DNA of 64,000 nucleotides from Mobula hypostoma (taxonomy: Eukaryota): the NCBI RefSeq assembly GCF_963921235.1, contig NC_086101.1, forward strand, positions 26,970,001-27,034,000, read 5' to 3'. Below the pieces are notes generated by a model. That model did not search any database, had not been told where the DNA came from, and saw only the letters and a list, made by a program, of their open reading frames with translations. Position 1 is the first letter of the stretch; each line of letters begins with the position of its first letter. Below, one piece after another: positions 12,590-26,500 of the stretch. A program made the translations under genes and the position numbers.

Positions 12590-13872
12590 TTTTTTAAAAA
12601 TTTCCTCAATATTGATTGGCATCTCCCTAGAGCAAGGGCTTTAGATGGGGTGGGGTTTGTTAGGTGTGTTCAGGAAGGTTTTCTGACACAATATATAGAT
12701 AAGCCTACAAGAGGAGAGGCTGTACTTGATCTGGTACAGTGCTGGGAAATGAACCTGGTCAAGTGTCTGATCTCTCAGTGGACACAGTGATTACAATTCC
12801 ATCTTCTTTACCATAGCATTGGAGAAAGATAGGAGCAGACAGGTCAGGAAAACATTTAATTGGAATAAGGGGAGATATGAAGCTATCAGGCAGGAACTTA
12901 GAAGCATAAACTGGGAGCAGATGTTCACAAGGAAATGCTAGGCAGAAATGTGGCAAATGTTCAGGGGATACTTGTGCAGAGTTCTGCATAGGTACATTCC
13001 AATGAGAAAGGGAAGGAATGGTAGCGTACAGGAACCGTGGTGTACAAAGGCTGTAGAAAATCTAATGGAGAAGAAAAGCTTATGAACGGTTCAAAAACCT
13101 TGGTAATGATAGAGAGCTAGAAGATTATAAGGCCAGTAGGAAGGAGCTTAAGACTGAAATTAGGAGAGCCAGAAGGGGACATGAGAAGGCCTTGGCAAGC
13201 ACGATTAAAGAAAACCCCAAGGCATTCTACAAGTATGTGAAGAGCAAGAGGATAAGGCGTGAGAGAATAGGACCAAACAAGTGTGACAGTGGAAAAGTAT
13301 GTAAGTAACGGAGATACTTAATAAATACTTTGCTTCAGTATTCACTATGGAAAAGGACCTTGGCGATTGTAGAACTGATTTACAGCAGACTGCAAAGCTT
13401 GAGCATATAGACATTAAGAAAGAGGATATGCTGGAGCTTTTAGAATGTATCAGGTTGGATAGGTCACTGGGTCCAGATGAGATATACTCCAAGCTACTGT
13501 GGAAGGCGAGGGGGGAGATTGCTGAGCCTCTGACAATGATCTTTGCATCATCAATAGGGATGGGAGAAGTTCCAGACGATTGGAGGGTTGCAGATGTTGC
13601 TCCCTTAGATGGGCATAGTTTGAAGGTGCTGGGAATTAGGCACAGAGGAGAAGTCCGGTAAGTTTTTTTACGCAGAGAGTGGTGAGTGCGTGGAATGGGC
13701 TGCCTGCAACGGTGGTGGAGGTGGATACAACAGACTCTTAGATAGGTTCATAGAGGTTAGAAAAATAGAGGGCTATGGGTAACCCTCGGTAATTTCTAAA
13801 GTAAGTACATGTTCGGCACAGCATTGTGGGCCACAGGGCCTGTATTGTGTCGTAGGTTTTCTATGTTTCTAA
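12590..13872 (+). mobile_element. CR1 LINE ORF2 with internal deletion of the RT core
   Basis: Endonuclease end, then DRSLGPDEIYSKLL...EVPDDWRVADVAPL, jumping at ~13608 to 3' end sequence (GHSLKVLG); TTCTATGTTTCTA tail. Confidence 0.8.
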
Positions 13873-13894
13873 TCCATCTGGTAGGTGTCAAACT

Positions 13895-14815
13895 ATTAAT
13901 TGGCCTGGTCCCATCGTCCTGCACCCAGACCATATCCCTCCATACCCCTCCCATCCATGTATCTATCCAAATTTTTCTTAAAGTTTGAAAGCCACCCTGC
14001 CTCACATCTATCACTTGTTCTGGTAGTTGGTTCACACCGTCACCACCCTCTGAATGAAGAAGTTCCCTCACATCTTCTCCTTAAATATTTTACCTTTCAC
14101 CCTTAACCCATGACCCCTAGCTCTTGTCTCACCAATCTCACTGGAAAAACGCCTGCTTGGATTTACCCTTCATAATTTGTATTCCTCTGTCAAATCTTCT
14201 TTCATTCTTCTATGCTGTAGGGATAAAGACCCTAAGATATAGGGGCAGAATTAGGCCTTTTGGCCCATTGAGTCTGCTCCACCATTTCATCAAATCCTAA
14301 CCAATTCGATTTTTCCTTATAGCTCAGGTTCTCAAGTCGTGACAACATGCTTAGAACATTGGAACATAGAAAACCTACAGCACAATACAGGCCATTCAGC
14401 CAACAGTGCTCTGCCGAACCTGTACTTACTTTAGATATTACCTCGGGTTACCCATAGCCCTCTATTTTTCTAAGCACCAGGAGTCTCTTAAAAGACCCTA
14501 TTGTATCCACTTCCACCGCTGTCACCAGCAGCCCAATCCACACACTCACCATTTACTGCATTAAAAAATTTACCCCTGACATCTTCTCTGTACCTACTTC
14601 CAAGCACCTTAAAACTGTGTCCTCTCGTGTTAGCCATTTCAGCCCTGGGAAAAAGCCTCTGACTAACCACACGATCAATGCCTCTCAAGAGAATTTTTGT
14701 ACATTTTCTCTGCACTCTTTCAATCTTAATGGCATCTTCTTGCCAAGTAAGTGACAAAAAACTGTTCACAACACTTCAGGTTAGGCCTCACTAATATCTT
14801 TATACAATCTCTGAG
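13895..14815 (-). mobile_element. Cluster of two or three CR1 3'-end fragments
   Basis: ORF 14488-14769 (IKIERVQRK...RLFPRAEMANTRGHSFKVLGSRYR); separate 3' termini near 13895, 14235 and 14360. Confidence 0.7.
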
Positions 14816-14819
14816 CAGC

Positions 14820-16710
14820 ACCTAATAAGCGATTGAACAATCGAGAAGATGTAGCTCACTGAGGTTCACCAACTGAATACATAAGGCATCAATTTGTGAC
14901 AGTTGGTGTTTTGAGTAACAGCCAATTGGTGATTGGAAGCAATTAGCAGGAATAAATAAAAATAAAGCAGTGGCAAGTGGAGTGGCTATTGTTGAAGTGG
15001 ACAGTGTTAGAGTGATTATTTGAGCCTTTAGCTCTTTGAGGCTTCAGTGAGGAAGAGGTTTGAGTGAGAGAAGGCGAAAAGCTGTAGGTATATTTTTTTT
15101 CTTTTCCACGAGTTTATTTATTGTTTTCCTCCTTTATATTTGCACAGTTAGGACAGTAGGGATGCCGGGCAGAATAGTTGAATGCTGCTCTTGCAACTTG
15201 TGCGAAGGCAGGAGACCTTCAGTGTCCCTGACGATTTCACTGCAAGAAGTGCACCCAGCTGCAGCTTCTAACACTCTGCGTTAAAGAGTTGGAGCTGGAA
15301 CGAGATAAACTCCAGATCAGTCAGGATGGCTGAGGGGCTGATTGACAGGGCATGTAGAGAGGTAGTTACCCCCAAGCTGCAGAACACAGGAAAAAGGGTA
15401 ACAGGTAGGGGAAAGGGGTTAAGGAGCTAGTGCAGAGTACCTCTGTGGCCATCCCTCTCAATAACAGGTATACCAATTTGGATGCTGTTGGGGTGCGGGA
15501 TGACCTACCAGAGGAAAGTCACAGAGGTCAGATCTCTGGCACTGAACCTGACTCTGTGACTCAGAAGGAAAAGGGGGAGAGAGAGATGAGCTGTAGTGGC
15601 TGGAGATTCATTAGTTAGGGGAATAGAAAATCAGTTCTGTGGTCAAGAACAAGGTTCCCAGATGATATGTTGCCTCATGGTTGACAGGGTGCAGGACACC
15701 TCATGATCGAGCCCTCAGGATTCTTAAGTGTGGGTGGATGGGCTGCCAGAGATTGTGGTCCATATGGGGGCCAATGACATGGGAAGAATGATGAGGTTCT
15801 GCAAAGTGAGTTCAAGAAGACAGGTGCTAAGTTAAAGGAACTCCAGGGTTGTGATCTCAGGATTGATACCAATGCCATGTGCTAATGAGGCCAAAAATAG
15901 AAAGATCATGCAGTTTAACATGTGGCTAAGGAGCTGGTGTAGGAGGGGTGGTGTCAGATTTTTGGATCCTTGGCTCTCTTCCAGAGAAGGTGGGCGCTGT
16001 ACGGAAGAAGTGGCTTGCACCTGAATTGAAGTGTGATTAATATCCTAGTGGGACAGTTTGCTGGTGCTACAATGGGGGGGGGGGATTTAAATTAGAGTTG
16101 CAGGGGGACAGGAACTAGAATGTCAGAACAGATATGGAGAGCTTGTGAGGAGAGATGGTAAGACTGCAGACAAAGTCATGAATCTAAAGGTTGAGCAAGG
16201 TGTGACTGATGTTCTGAGCTATATATATTTGAATGTAAGAAGTATTGTAGGAAAAGGCAGAGGAGCTCAGGGTTGGATCCACACATGGAGTTATGATATT
16301 GTAGCCATTAGAGATACTTAGTTACAGGAAGGGCAGGACTGGGAGCTCAGTTTTCCGGGGTTGACTGGGACTCCCATACTGTAAAAGAACTGGATGGGAT
16401 AGAGTTTGTCTAATGTGTTCAGGAAAGTTCCCTTAATCAATACATAGAAGTCCCAATGACAGAGTATGTGATACTTGATCCCCGATGAGATTAACAGGAA
16501 GATGTTTCCTGTTTGGCAGGAAGCTATTAGAGAGTGAGACGGAGCGGGCGACAAAAGTTTGTGTAGGGGAACACTTTGCATCTAGTGATCATAATGCCAT
16601 TAGCTTCAAAGTGAATATTTTAAAGGACAGGTGTGATCCACAAGCTGAGATGTTAAATTGAAGAATGGTATCTGAAAGATCTAGCAAGTGTGGATTGGGA
16701 CAGGCTGTTT
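14820..16710 (+). mobile_element. CR1 LINE 5' half: 5' UTR, ORF1 (zinc finger/leucine zipper/SGNH esterase-like) and deleted ORF2 start
   Basis: ATG ~15162 gives MPGRIVECCSCNLCE...KCTQLQLL...VKELELE; 15750-16060 has GAND-like, VVISGLIP and GLHLN SGNH motifs; 16220-16350 is an endonuclease start. Many stops. Confidence 0.75.
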
Positions 16711-16869
16711 TTTTTATATATGCCATCCTTGAGCATTACTGTGGCATCATCCAGCACCATTCTTATTTCACTTTCAGTTGACACTGTTGCCGTGGATGTG
16801 GCATGCAAATGATGGATGGTTTCCAGTTGAGTTGTAGTTGTCTCAGTCAATCAAGACCCCACAATACCG

Positions 16870-17690
16870 GCCCTTTTGTTTTCACCACGTACAAAATGTG
16901 GCTTGTTGATTGTTGTATTTCACTGTTCCGGATGTCATTCCCATAGGAGTTGTCCTTGTTCCAGTGTGTTCTTAGCTGCAGTATCTTTCAGTTCCATTCA
17001 AACTCATTTTGTGCAATGACTGAACCAGCTGAGCCAGTGTCCAATTTCATTTTAATTAATTTGCCATTCATTTCTGGTGTATGTCATATTACTTCTCTCC
17101 TGTTAGCTTTCATATTGTAAACCTCAAGGCTTTCCAGTCCTGTGTCAGTCCCATCATTATCAAATTTTTCAAGAACAGCGTGCAGGTGTGTGCTCATTTT
17201 GAAACTGCAACATAACATTTATCTCTTTGTCTTCCATGTGCAGTCCATTTATTTTTGTCAGCCCAATATGCTCTTTATATATGTCCTACTTTGTTGCATT
17301 TTCTGCAGGTTACGCCTTTAAACCTGTATTGGTCTGATGCATGTGCGCGCCTGTCACAACAGTGACACAGTTTTTTGGCCAGGCAGGTTTCTGTTCAGAC
17401 ATTGCATTTTTGCTCATGCTCACTTTCATTCCTGACTGCAACTCAGTTGCATGTCTGTCTGATGTCTGCCATTGACACAGCAATTTCAACTGCTCTTTTA
17501 AATGTGTGCTTCAGTTTTAGGAGCCATTTTTGAATTCTCTCTTATAAGATCTCACAAGCTAGATGATCTTTCAATGCATTATTAAGCCCATTACTGCACT
17601 GATAATTCTCGGACAATCTCTCCAATTCAGCCACTTAAGCTGAAATGGACTCCCTTCCTAAAGTGTTATGCAATCAACAGTTGTTTCAGT
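16870..17690 (-). mobile_element. Gypsy/Ty3 internal fragment (gag C-terminus to aspartic protease), degenerate
   Basis: Minus strand shows decayed ALKDHLACEI (cf. ALRDRLVCGI), TFKRAVEIAVSM, a CCHC-knuckle remnant and NGKLIKMKLDTGSAGSVI (DTG protease motif). Confidence 0.7.
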
Positions 17691-17789
17691 TGTAAATGTT
17701 CCTGCGTTATATTCACAATATCTGCAAAGCTCATCTTGGCTGGATTGGTTGGAGCAGTTACACTTCTAAGCAAACTGCTTTTCCACCTA

Positions 17790-18513
17790 TTGCAAAGAAT
17801 AAGGAGCTTGATTCACTGAAGTTCGCCTACCTCCACAACAGGCCCACAGCAGATGCTATTTCACTGGCTCTCCAATTGGCTTTGGACCACCTGGACAACT
17901 GCAATGCATACAGCAGGCTGCTGTTTATCAAATATAGCTCGGCATTCAATTCCACCTTTCACCTCACCTACTAATCAAAAAGCTTCAAAGCCTGGGCCAC
18001 CCCACTTCCCTCTGCTACTTGTCCCTTGAATTCCTTATCTGGAGACCACAGTGCCGATCAATAATGGCATCTCCTCTTTATTGACAATCAACACAGGCAC
18101 ACCTCAAGGATATCTGCTTAGCTCATTGCTCTATTCTCCCTACACCTAAGACTGTGCGGCTAGACACAACTCAAGTACCACCTGTAAATTCGCCAGTGAC
18201 ACGAAAGTTGTTGGCAGAATCTCAGATGATGACCAGGAGGCACACAGAATTGAGATAGATTGGCTGGTTGAATGGTATTGCAACAACTAATTTGTACTCA
18301 ATATCAGCAAGACTTCAAGAAGGAGAACTCAGGAGAATACACTCTCATAGAGAAAGGGGGAGTCAGCACTGGAAAGGGTGAGCAGCTTTAAGTTCCTGTG
18401 TGCCAACATCTCCTAGGATTTATATTAGGTCCTACATGGATGTAATCTCAAAGAAAGCACACCAGCGGCTTTACTTCATTTGGAGTTTGAGGAGATTTGG
18501 TATGTCACTAAGG
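17790..18513 (+). mobile_element. Rex1/Babar LINE, left half (host of the nested stack)
   Basis: LDSLKFAYLHNRPTADAISLAL...RLLFIKYSSAFNS, PQGYLL, KFASDT, QRLYFIWSLRRFGMS; resumes at 40450 after the duplication TATGTCACTAAGG. Confidence 0.8.
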
Positions 18514-19104
18514 TGAGGTGAAGGCCTTTGTTGGTCAGAGTTGACCACGGATATTGTGCCCCAGCTGTCTAGATACACAAGCCTGGGCAACACGATATGG
18601 AGAGCGAGCTGTTGCCCATGTAGCAAGCTTCCCCTCTCCACGCATCTGATGAACCTGGAGGAATGGCAGAGACTGATACAGATTGGTACCAGCAGTGTTG
18701 CAGGAGTTGCCAGTCAGCATTGACTCAATTTAGGACTACCTTAGGAATACCAGCTCTGGATATTTCCCTTGGGGTTTATTCCCAAAGCCTTCCCCATGAG
18801 TGGGTACAGCTGCAAGACACCGAAGGTTTGAGATCAGAATTTTCCTTCTCCTAAGTAGAGTGCCAACCACAGCTGACAAGCCCCACCTGCCCAAAGTGAC
18901 AGGTTCTAAGGGCCCACCAGCAACGCCAGTTTGCCCTTTCTCCTGTCGGTGGAAACGGTTCTGCTGGGCTTAGTGGCTAAGCCACATGTGAAGGCCAGGA
19001 GCTGGACTTGGTTGTCAGAGGCTACTTGAGGAGATGCATGCCATTGGGAGCATTTAATGGGTAGTGGGAACTTTGTCCCCATTACCGTCCCCAGCCATAA
19101 TAAC
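18514..19104 (-). mobile_element. Non-coding SINE-like retroposon (possibly RTE-mobilised; family unassigned)
   Basis: Related in reverse complement to 62356-62743; short-repeat 3' tail (GGCCTTCACCTCA on the minus strand); 13-bp TSD TATGTCACTAAGG at 18501-18513 and 40450-40462. Confidence 0.65.
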
Positions 19105-20569
19105 CTTATGCAGATATCCCACCTCTCCCGGAAGTTCCGGGAGTCTCTCGCATATTAATAGTGGCTCCCTGATGCCCGCAAATTATATACCATATCCCAG
19201 AAATCAATAATTTTGAGAGCGAGAGAGAGAGAAAGCAAGCGAGAGAGCGAGAGAGAACGAGAGAGAAAGCAAGTGAGAGCGCGAGAGAGAGAGAGTGAGC
19301 ACGGGAACGACCACGAGAGAGAGAACAAGAGAAAGCAAGTGAGAGCGCGAGAGAGAAAGCGTGCGAGTGAGAGAGAGCGTGAGAGCGACCACGAGAGAGA
19401 GCAAGAAAGCGAGAGCGCGCGTGAGAGAGAGAGAGAGAGAGAGAGAGAACAAGTCATGGCAGAGTGTTCCAAAATAAGAAAATATAAAATGTACGTCACC
19501 TCAGACTACACTAAAGTGTATCCCTGCCTAATAGGGGTCAAAAATAATGACAGTGTTGCTCACTGCGCTGTTTGTAACAGTGACTTTTCTCTTGCCCATG
19601 GTGGGGTTAAGACTGTAAAAGACGTGTTGAGGTGAGTTTAACAGGTGTCACTCGTTCATTAGCATTGCTAACGTTATTTAAACTGTCGTCGTCAATGATG
19701 CCGTCACTCGCATCCCCTCTATTTCCCGCACTCCAGCCCTCACCCCATCCTCCCATCACCACAACAGGGACAGAGTTCCCCTTGTCCTCACCTACCACCC
19801 CACCAGCCTCCGGATCCAGCACATTATCCTCCGCAACTTCTGCCACCTTCAACAGGACCCCACCACAAAGCACATCTTTCCCTCTCCACGCCTCTTTGCT
19901 TTTAACAGGGATCGGTCCCTCCGCAACTCCCTGGTCCACACGTCCCTACCCACAGATCTCCCACCCGGCACTTATCCCTGTAAGCATAAGTGCTACACCT
20001 GTCCCTGCACCTCCTCTCTTGCCAACATTGCCCAAACTGTCATGGTCCGGTCCGTAAAGTCCGTATTCCGGTTCACGGTCTGCTCCATCAATCCTTGCTC
20101 CAGGTTTTCTTATCTACCCTGTTTCTGTTCTTGTTGAGCTAATTGAGGCAGCTGATGCTCGTTGGGGCTGGCTGCATAAATACCTTCAGAGACCCAGGCA
20201 TGGTGGCTGGACTATCCTGTCCTTACTCCTTGTATCCCTTGCTCTTCCTTCTGTTTCCTCGTCTGAAACCCTGTCTTGTCTTGCCGGTAACTCTCACCTC
20301 GCCTGAAGTTCTCGTCTCGCCTTGCTTTGCCAGAAGCTTCGCGTCGTCTGGCCTGCAGTCTTGTCCTGGAGGCACCCTGTACCTAGGTCCCTTCCTGACC
20401 CTTACCTCCGCCCAGGTAAGCCAGGCCATCTTGCCAATACCTGGGATTGGTTCTATCCCTTCCAGTCCCTTGTCTCTGCTGGGTGGAGATCTTCACCCTG
20501 CCCACGTGATTTGCTCCCTGCCTAGCAGGAGCCTGCCAAGCCTTGCCCCAGGTCTCCTGCTTCCAGCAT

Positions 20570-23500
20570 CGTCTCGCCTCGCCTCAAGGCTCCTGCCCCC
20601 AGCCTCGCCTCACCTCGCCTCAAGGCTCCTGCCCCTAGCCTCGCCTCGCCTCAAGGCTCCTACCCCAGCCTCGCCTCGCCTCGCCTCGCCTCAAGGCTCC
20701 TGCCCCCAGCCTCGCCTCGCCTCGCCTCAAGGCTCCTGCCCCTAGCCTCGCCTCGCCTCAAGGCTCCTACCCCAGCCTCGCCTCGCCTCGCCTCAAGGCT
20801 CCTGCCCCCAGCCTCGCCTCGCATCGCTTCAAGGGTCCTGCCCCCAGCCTCGACTCGCCTCAAGGCTCCTGCCCCCAGCCTCGACTCGCCTCAAGGCTCC
20901 TGCCCCCAGCCTGGACTCGCCTCAAGGCTCCTGCCCCCAGCCTCGCCTCACCTCAAGGCTCCTGCCCCCAGGCTCGCCTCGCCTCGCTTCAAGGCTCCTG
21001 CCCCCAGCCTCGCCTCGCCTCGCTTCTAGGCTCCTGCCCCCAGCCTCGCCTCGCATCGCTTCAAGGGTCCTGCCCCCAGCCTCGACTCGCCTCAAGGCTC
21101 CTGCCCCCAGCCTCGACTCGCCTCAAGGCTCCTGCCCCCAGCCTGGACTCGCCTCAAGGCTCCTGCCCCCAGCCTCGCCTCGCCTCAAGGCTCCTGCCCC
21201 CAGCCTCGCCTCGCCTCGCTTCAAGGCTCCTGCCCCCAGCCTCGCCTCGCCTCGCTTCAAGGCTCCTGCCCCCAGCCTCGCCTCGCCTCGCTTCAAGGCT
21301 CCTGCCCCCAGCCTCGCCTCGCCTCGCTTCAAGGCTCCTGCCCCCAGGCTCGCCTCGCCTCAAGGCTCCTGCCCCCAGCCTCGCCTCGCCTCAAGGCTCC
21401 TGCCCCCAGCCTCGCCTCACGTCGCCTCAAGGCTCCTGCCCCCAGCCTCACCTCGCCTCACCTCAAGGCTGCTGCCCCCATCCTCGCCTCGCCTCGCCTC
21501 AAGACTCCTCCCCACAGCCTTGCCTCCCCTCGCCTCAAGGCTCATACCCTCAGCCTCGCAGCCCGTCGCCTCAAGGCTCCTGCCCTCAGCCTCGCCTCAC
21601 CTCACCTCAAGGCTGCTGCCCTCAGCCTCACGACGCCTCCCCTCAAGGCTCCTGCCCCCAGCCTCGCCTCGCCTCACCTCAAGGCTCCTGCCCTCAGCCT
21701 CGCCTAGCCTCGCCTCAAGGCTCCTGTCCTCAGCCTCGCCTCGCCTCACCTCAAGGCTCCTGCCCCCAGCCTCGCCTCGTCTCGCCTCTATGCTCCTGCC
21801 CCCAGCCTCGCCTCGCCTCTACGCTCCTTTCCCCAGCCTCGCCTCGCCTCAAGGTTCCTGCCCCCAGCCTCGCCTCACCTCCCCTCAAGGCTCCTTCCCC
21901 CAGACTGAACTCGCCTCGCCTCGCCTCACCTCAAGGCTCCTGCCCTCAGCCTTGCCTCGCTTCGCCTCGCCTCAAGACTCTTGCCCTGAGCCACGGCTCG
22001 CCTCAGCTCAAGGCTCCTGCCCCCAACCTCATCTCGCCTCGCCTCAAGGCTCCTGCCCCCAGCCTTGCCTCACCTCTAAGCTCCTGCCCCAGCCTCGCCT
22101 CGCCTCAAGGCTCCTGCCCTCAGCCTCGCGTCGCCTCCCCTCAAGGCTCCTGCCCCAAGCCTCCCCTCACCACAAGGCCCCTGCCCCGAGCCTCGCCTCG
22201 CCTCAAGCCTCCAGCCCCCAGCCTCGCCTCAAGGCTCCTGCCCCCAGCCTCGTCTCGCCTCGCCGCAAGGCTCCTGCCCCCAACCTCACCTTGCCTCGCC
22301 TCAAGGCTCCTGCCCCCAGCCTCGCCTCGCCTCGCCTCAAGGCTCCTGCCCCCAGCCTCGCCTCGACTCGCCTCAAGACTCCTGCCCCCAGCCTCGCCTC
22401 GCCTCAAGGCTCCTGCCCCCAGCCTCGCCTCGACTCGCCTCAAGGCTCCTGCCCCCAGCCTCGCCTCGCCTCAAGGCTCCTGCCCCCAGCCTCGCCTCGC
22501 CTCAAGGCTCCTGCCCTCAGCCTCGCCTCGCCTCAAGGCTCCTACCCTCAGCCTCGCAGCCCGTCGCCTCAAGGCTCCTGCCCTCAGCCTAGCCTCACCT
22601 CACCTCAAGGCTACTGCCCTCAGCCTCACGACGCCTCCCCTCAAGGCTCCTGCCCTCAGCCTCACCTCACCTCGCCTCAAGGCTCCAGCCCCCAGCCTCG
22701 CCTCGCCTCACCTCAAGGCTCCTGCCCTCAGCCTCGCCTAGCCTCGCCTCAAGGCTCCTACCCTCAGCCTCGCAGCCCCTCGCCTCAAGGCTCCAGCCCT
22801 CAGCCTCGCCTCACCTCACCTCAAGGCTCCTGCCCTCAGCCTCGCGTCGCCTCTCCTCAAGGCTCCTGCCCTCAGCCTCGCCTCGCCTCAAGGCTCCTGT
22901 CCTCAGCCTCGCCTCGCCTCACGTCAAGGCTCCTGCCCCCAGCCTCGCCTCGTCTTGCCTCTACGCTCCTGCCCCCAGCCTCGCCTCACCTCTACGCTCC
23001 TCTCCCCAGCCTCGCCTCGCCTCAAGGTTCCTGCCCCCAGCCTCGCCTCACCTCGCCTCAAGGCTCCTTCCCCCAGCCTCATCTCGCCTCGCCTCGCCTC
23101 GCCTCAAGGCTCCTGACCTCAGCCTCGCCTCACCTCACCTCAAGGCTCCTGCCCTCAGCCTCGCCTCGCCTCACCTCAAGGCTCCTGCCCCCAAACTCAT
23201 CTCGCCTCGCCTCTAAGCTCCTGCCCCCAGCCTCGCCTCGCCTCTAAGCTCCTGCCCCCAGCCTTGCCTCGCCTCCAAGCTCCTGCCCCCAGCCTCGCCT
23301 CGCCTCAAGGCTCCTGCCCTCAGCCTCGCGTCGCCTCCCCTCAAGGCTCCTGCCCCCAGCCTCCCCTCACCACAAGGCTCCTGCCCCGAGCCTCGCCTCA
23401 CCTCAAGGCTCCTGCCCCCAGCCTCGCCTCAAGGCTCCTGCCCCCAGCCTCGTCTCGCCTCGCCTCCAGGCTCCTGCCCCCAGCTTCGCCTCACCTTAAT

Positions 23501-26500
23501 GCTCCTGCCCCGAGCCTCGCCTCGCCTCAAGGCTCCTGCGCCCAGCCTCGCCTCGCCTCAAGGCTCCTGCCCCCAACCTCACCTCGCCTCGCCTCAAGGC
23601 TCCTGCCCCCAGCCTCGCCTCGCCTCGCCTCAAGGCTCCTGCCCCCAGCCTCGCCTTGCCTCAAGGCTCCTGCCCCCAGCCTCGCCTCGCCTCAAGGCTC
23701 CTGCCCTCAGCCTCGCCTCGCGTCAAGGCTCCTGCCCTCAGCCTCGCCTCGCCTCAAGGCTCCTGCCCTCAGCCTCGCCTCACCTCTACGCTCCTGTCCC
23801 CAGCCTCGCCTCGCCTCAAGGTTCCTGCCCCGAGCCTTGCCTCACCTCAAGGCTCCTGCCCTCAGCTTCGCCTCGCCTCGCCTCAAGGCTCCTGCCCTCA
23901 GCCTCGCCTCACCTCACCTCAAGGCTCCTTCCCTCAGCCTCGCCTCGCCTCGCCTCAAGGCTCCTGCCCCCAAACTCATCTCGCCTCGCCTCTAAGCTCC
24001 TGCCCCCAGCCTCGCCTCGCCTCTAAACTCCTGCCCCCAGCCTCGCCTCGCCTCTAAGCTCCTGCCCCCAGCCTCGCCTCGCCTTTAAGCTCCTGCCCCC
24101 AGCCTCGCCTCGCCTCAAGGCTCCTGCCCTCAGCCTCGCGTAGCCTCCCCTCAAGGCTCCTGCCCCCAGACTCCCCTCACCACAAGGCTTCTGCCCCGAG
24201 CCTCGCCTCACCTCAAGGCTCCTGCCCCCAGCCTCGCCTCAAGGCTCCTGCCCCCAGCCTCGTCTCGACTCGCCTCCAGGCTCCTGCCCCCAGCCTCGCC
24301 TCGCCTCAAGGTTCCTGCCCCCAACCTCTCCTCGCCTCGCCTCAAGGCTCCTGCCCCCAGCCTCGCCTCGCCTCGCCTCACCTCAAGGCTCCTGCCCCCA
24401 GCCTCGCCTCGCCTCAAGGCTCCTGCCCTCAGCCTCGCCTCGCCTCAAGGCTCCTGCCCTCAGCCTCGCCTCGCCTCGCCTCAAGGCTCCAGCCCCCAGC
24501 CTCGTCTCGCCTCTAGGCTCCTGCCCCCATCCTCACCTCGCCTCTCAGCTCCGGCCCCCAGCCTCGCCTCGCCTCGCCTCAAGGCTCCTGGCCCCAGCCT
24601 CGCCTCGCCTCTAAGCTCCTGCCCCCAGCCTCGCCTCACCTCAAGGCTCCTGCCCCGAGCCTCGCCTCGCCTCAAGGCTCATGCCCCCAAACTCATCTCG
24701 CCTCGCCTCTAAGCTCCTGCCCCCAGCCTCGCCTCGCCTCTAAGCTCCTGCCCCCAGCGTTGCCTCGCCTCTAAGCTCCTGCCCCCAGCCTCGCCTTGCC
24801 TCAAGGCTCCTGCCCTCAGCCTCGCGTCGCCTCCCCTCAAGGCTCCTGCCCCCAGCCTCCCCTCACCACAAGGCTCCTGCCCCGAGCCTCGCCTCACCTC
24901 AAGGCTCCTGCCCCCAGCCTCGCCTCAAGGCTCCTGCCCCCAGCCTCGTCTCGCCTCGCCTCCAGGCTCCTGCCCCCAGCTTCGCCTCACCTTAATGCTC
25001 CTGCCCCGAGCCTCGCCTCGCCTCAAGGCTCCTGCGCCCAGCCTCGCCTCGCCTCAAGGCTCCTGCCCCCAACCTCACCTCGCCTCGCCTCAAGGCTCCT
25101 GCCCCCAGCCTCGCCTCGCCTCGCCTCAAGGCTCCTGCCCCCAGCCTCGCCTCACCTCAAGGCTCCTCCCCTCAGCCTCGCCTCACCTCAAGGCTCCTGC
25201 CCTCAGCCTCGCCTCGCCTCAAGGCTCCTGCCCTCAGCCTCGCCTCACCTCTACGCTCCTGTCCCCAGCCTCGCCTCGCCTCAAGGTTCCTGCCCCCAGC
25301 CTCGCCTCACCTCGCCTCAAGGCTCCTTCCCCCAGCCTCGCCTCGCCTCGCCTCGCCTCACCTCAAGGTTCCTGCCCCGAGCCTTGCCTCACCTCAAGGC
25401 TCCTGCCCTCAGCTTCGCCTCGGCTCGCCTCAAGGCCCCTGCCCTCAGCCTCGCCTCACCTCACCACAAGGCTCCTTCCCTCAGCCTCGCCTCGCCTCGC
25501 CTCAAGGCTCCTGCCCCCAAACTCATCTCGCCTCGCCTCTAAGCTCCTGCCCCCAGCCTCGCCTCGCCTCTAAGCTCCTGCCCCCAGCCTCGCCTCGCCT
25601 CTAAACTCCTGCCCCCAGCCTCGCCTCGGCTTTAAGCTCCTGCCCCCAGCCTCGCCTCGCCTCAAGGCTCCTGCCCTCAGCCTCGCGTAGCCTCCCCTCA
25701 AGGCTCCTGCCCCCAGCCTCCCCTCACCACAAGGCTCCTGCCCCGAGCCTCGCCTCACCTCAAGGCTCCTGCCCCCAGCCTCGCCTCAAGGCTCCTGCCC
25801 CCAGCCTCGTCTCGCCTCGCCTCCAGGCTCCTGCCCCCAGCCTCGCCTCGCCTCAAGGTTCCTGCCCCCAACCTCTCCTCGCCTCGCCTCAAGGCTCCTG
25901 CCCCCAGCCTCGCCTCGCCTCGCCTCAAGGCTCCTGCCCCCAGCCTCGCCTCGCCTCGCCTCAAGGCTCCTGCCCCCAGCCTCGCCTCGCCTCGCCTCAA
26001 GGCCCCTGCCCCCAGCCTCGCCTCGCCTCGCCTCAAGGCTCCTGCCCCCAGCCTCGCCTCGCCTCAAGACTCCTGCCCTCAGCCTCGCCTCGCCTCAAGG
26101 CTCCTGCCCTCAGCCTCGCCTCGCCTCGCCTCAAGGCTCCAGCCCCCAGCCTCGTCTCGCCTCTAGGCTCCTGCCCCCATCCTCACCTCGCCTCTCAGCT
26201 CCGGCCCCCAGCCTCGCCTCGCCTCGCCTCAAGGCTCCTGGCCCCAGCCTCGCCTCGCCTCTAAGCTCCTGCCCCCAGCCTCGCCTCACCTCAAGGCTCC
26301 TGCCCCGAGCCTCGCCTCACCTCAAGGCTCCTGCCCTCAGCCTTGCCTCGCTTCGCCTCGCCTCAAGGCTCTTGCCCTGAGCCTCGCCTCGCCTCACCTC
26401 AAGGCTCCTGCCCCCAACCTCATCTCGCCTCGCCTCAAGGCTCCTGCCCCCAGCCTTGCCTCACCTCTAAGCTCCTGCCCCAGCCTCGCCTCGCATCAAG

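Noticed and set aside
19213-19635. 140-aa RE-rich ORF and its antisense SL-rich ORFs
   Set aside because: Translation of a degenerate (GA)n tract inside the hAT element; only the last ~55 codons are transposase-derived.
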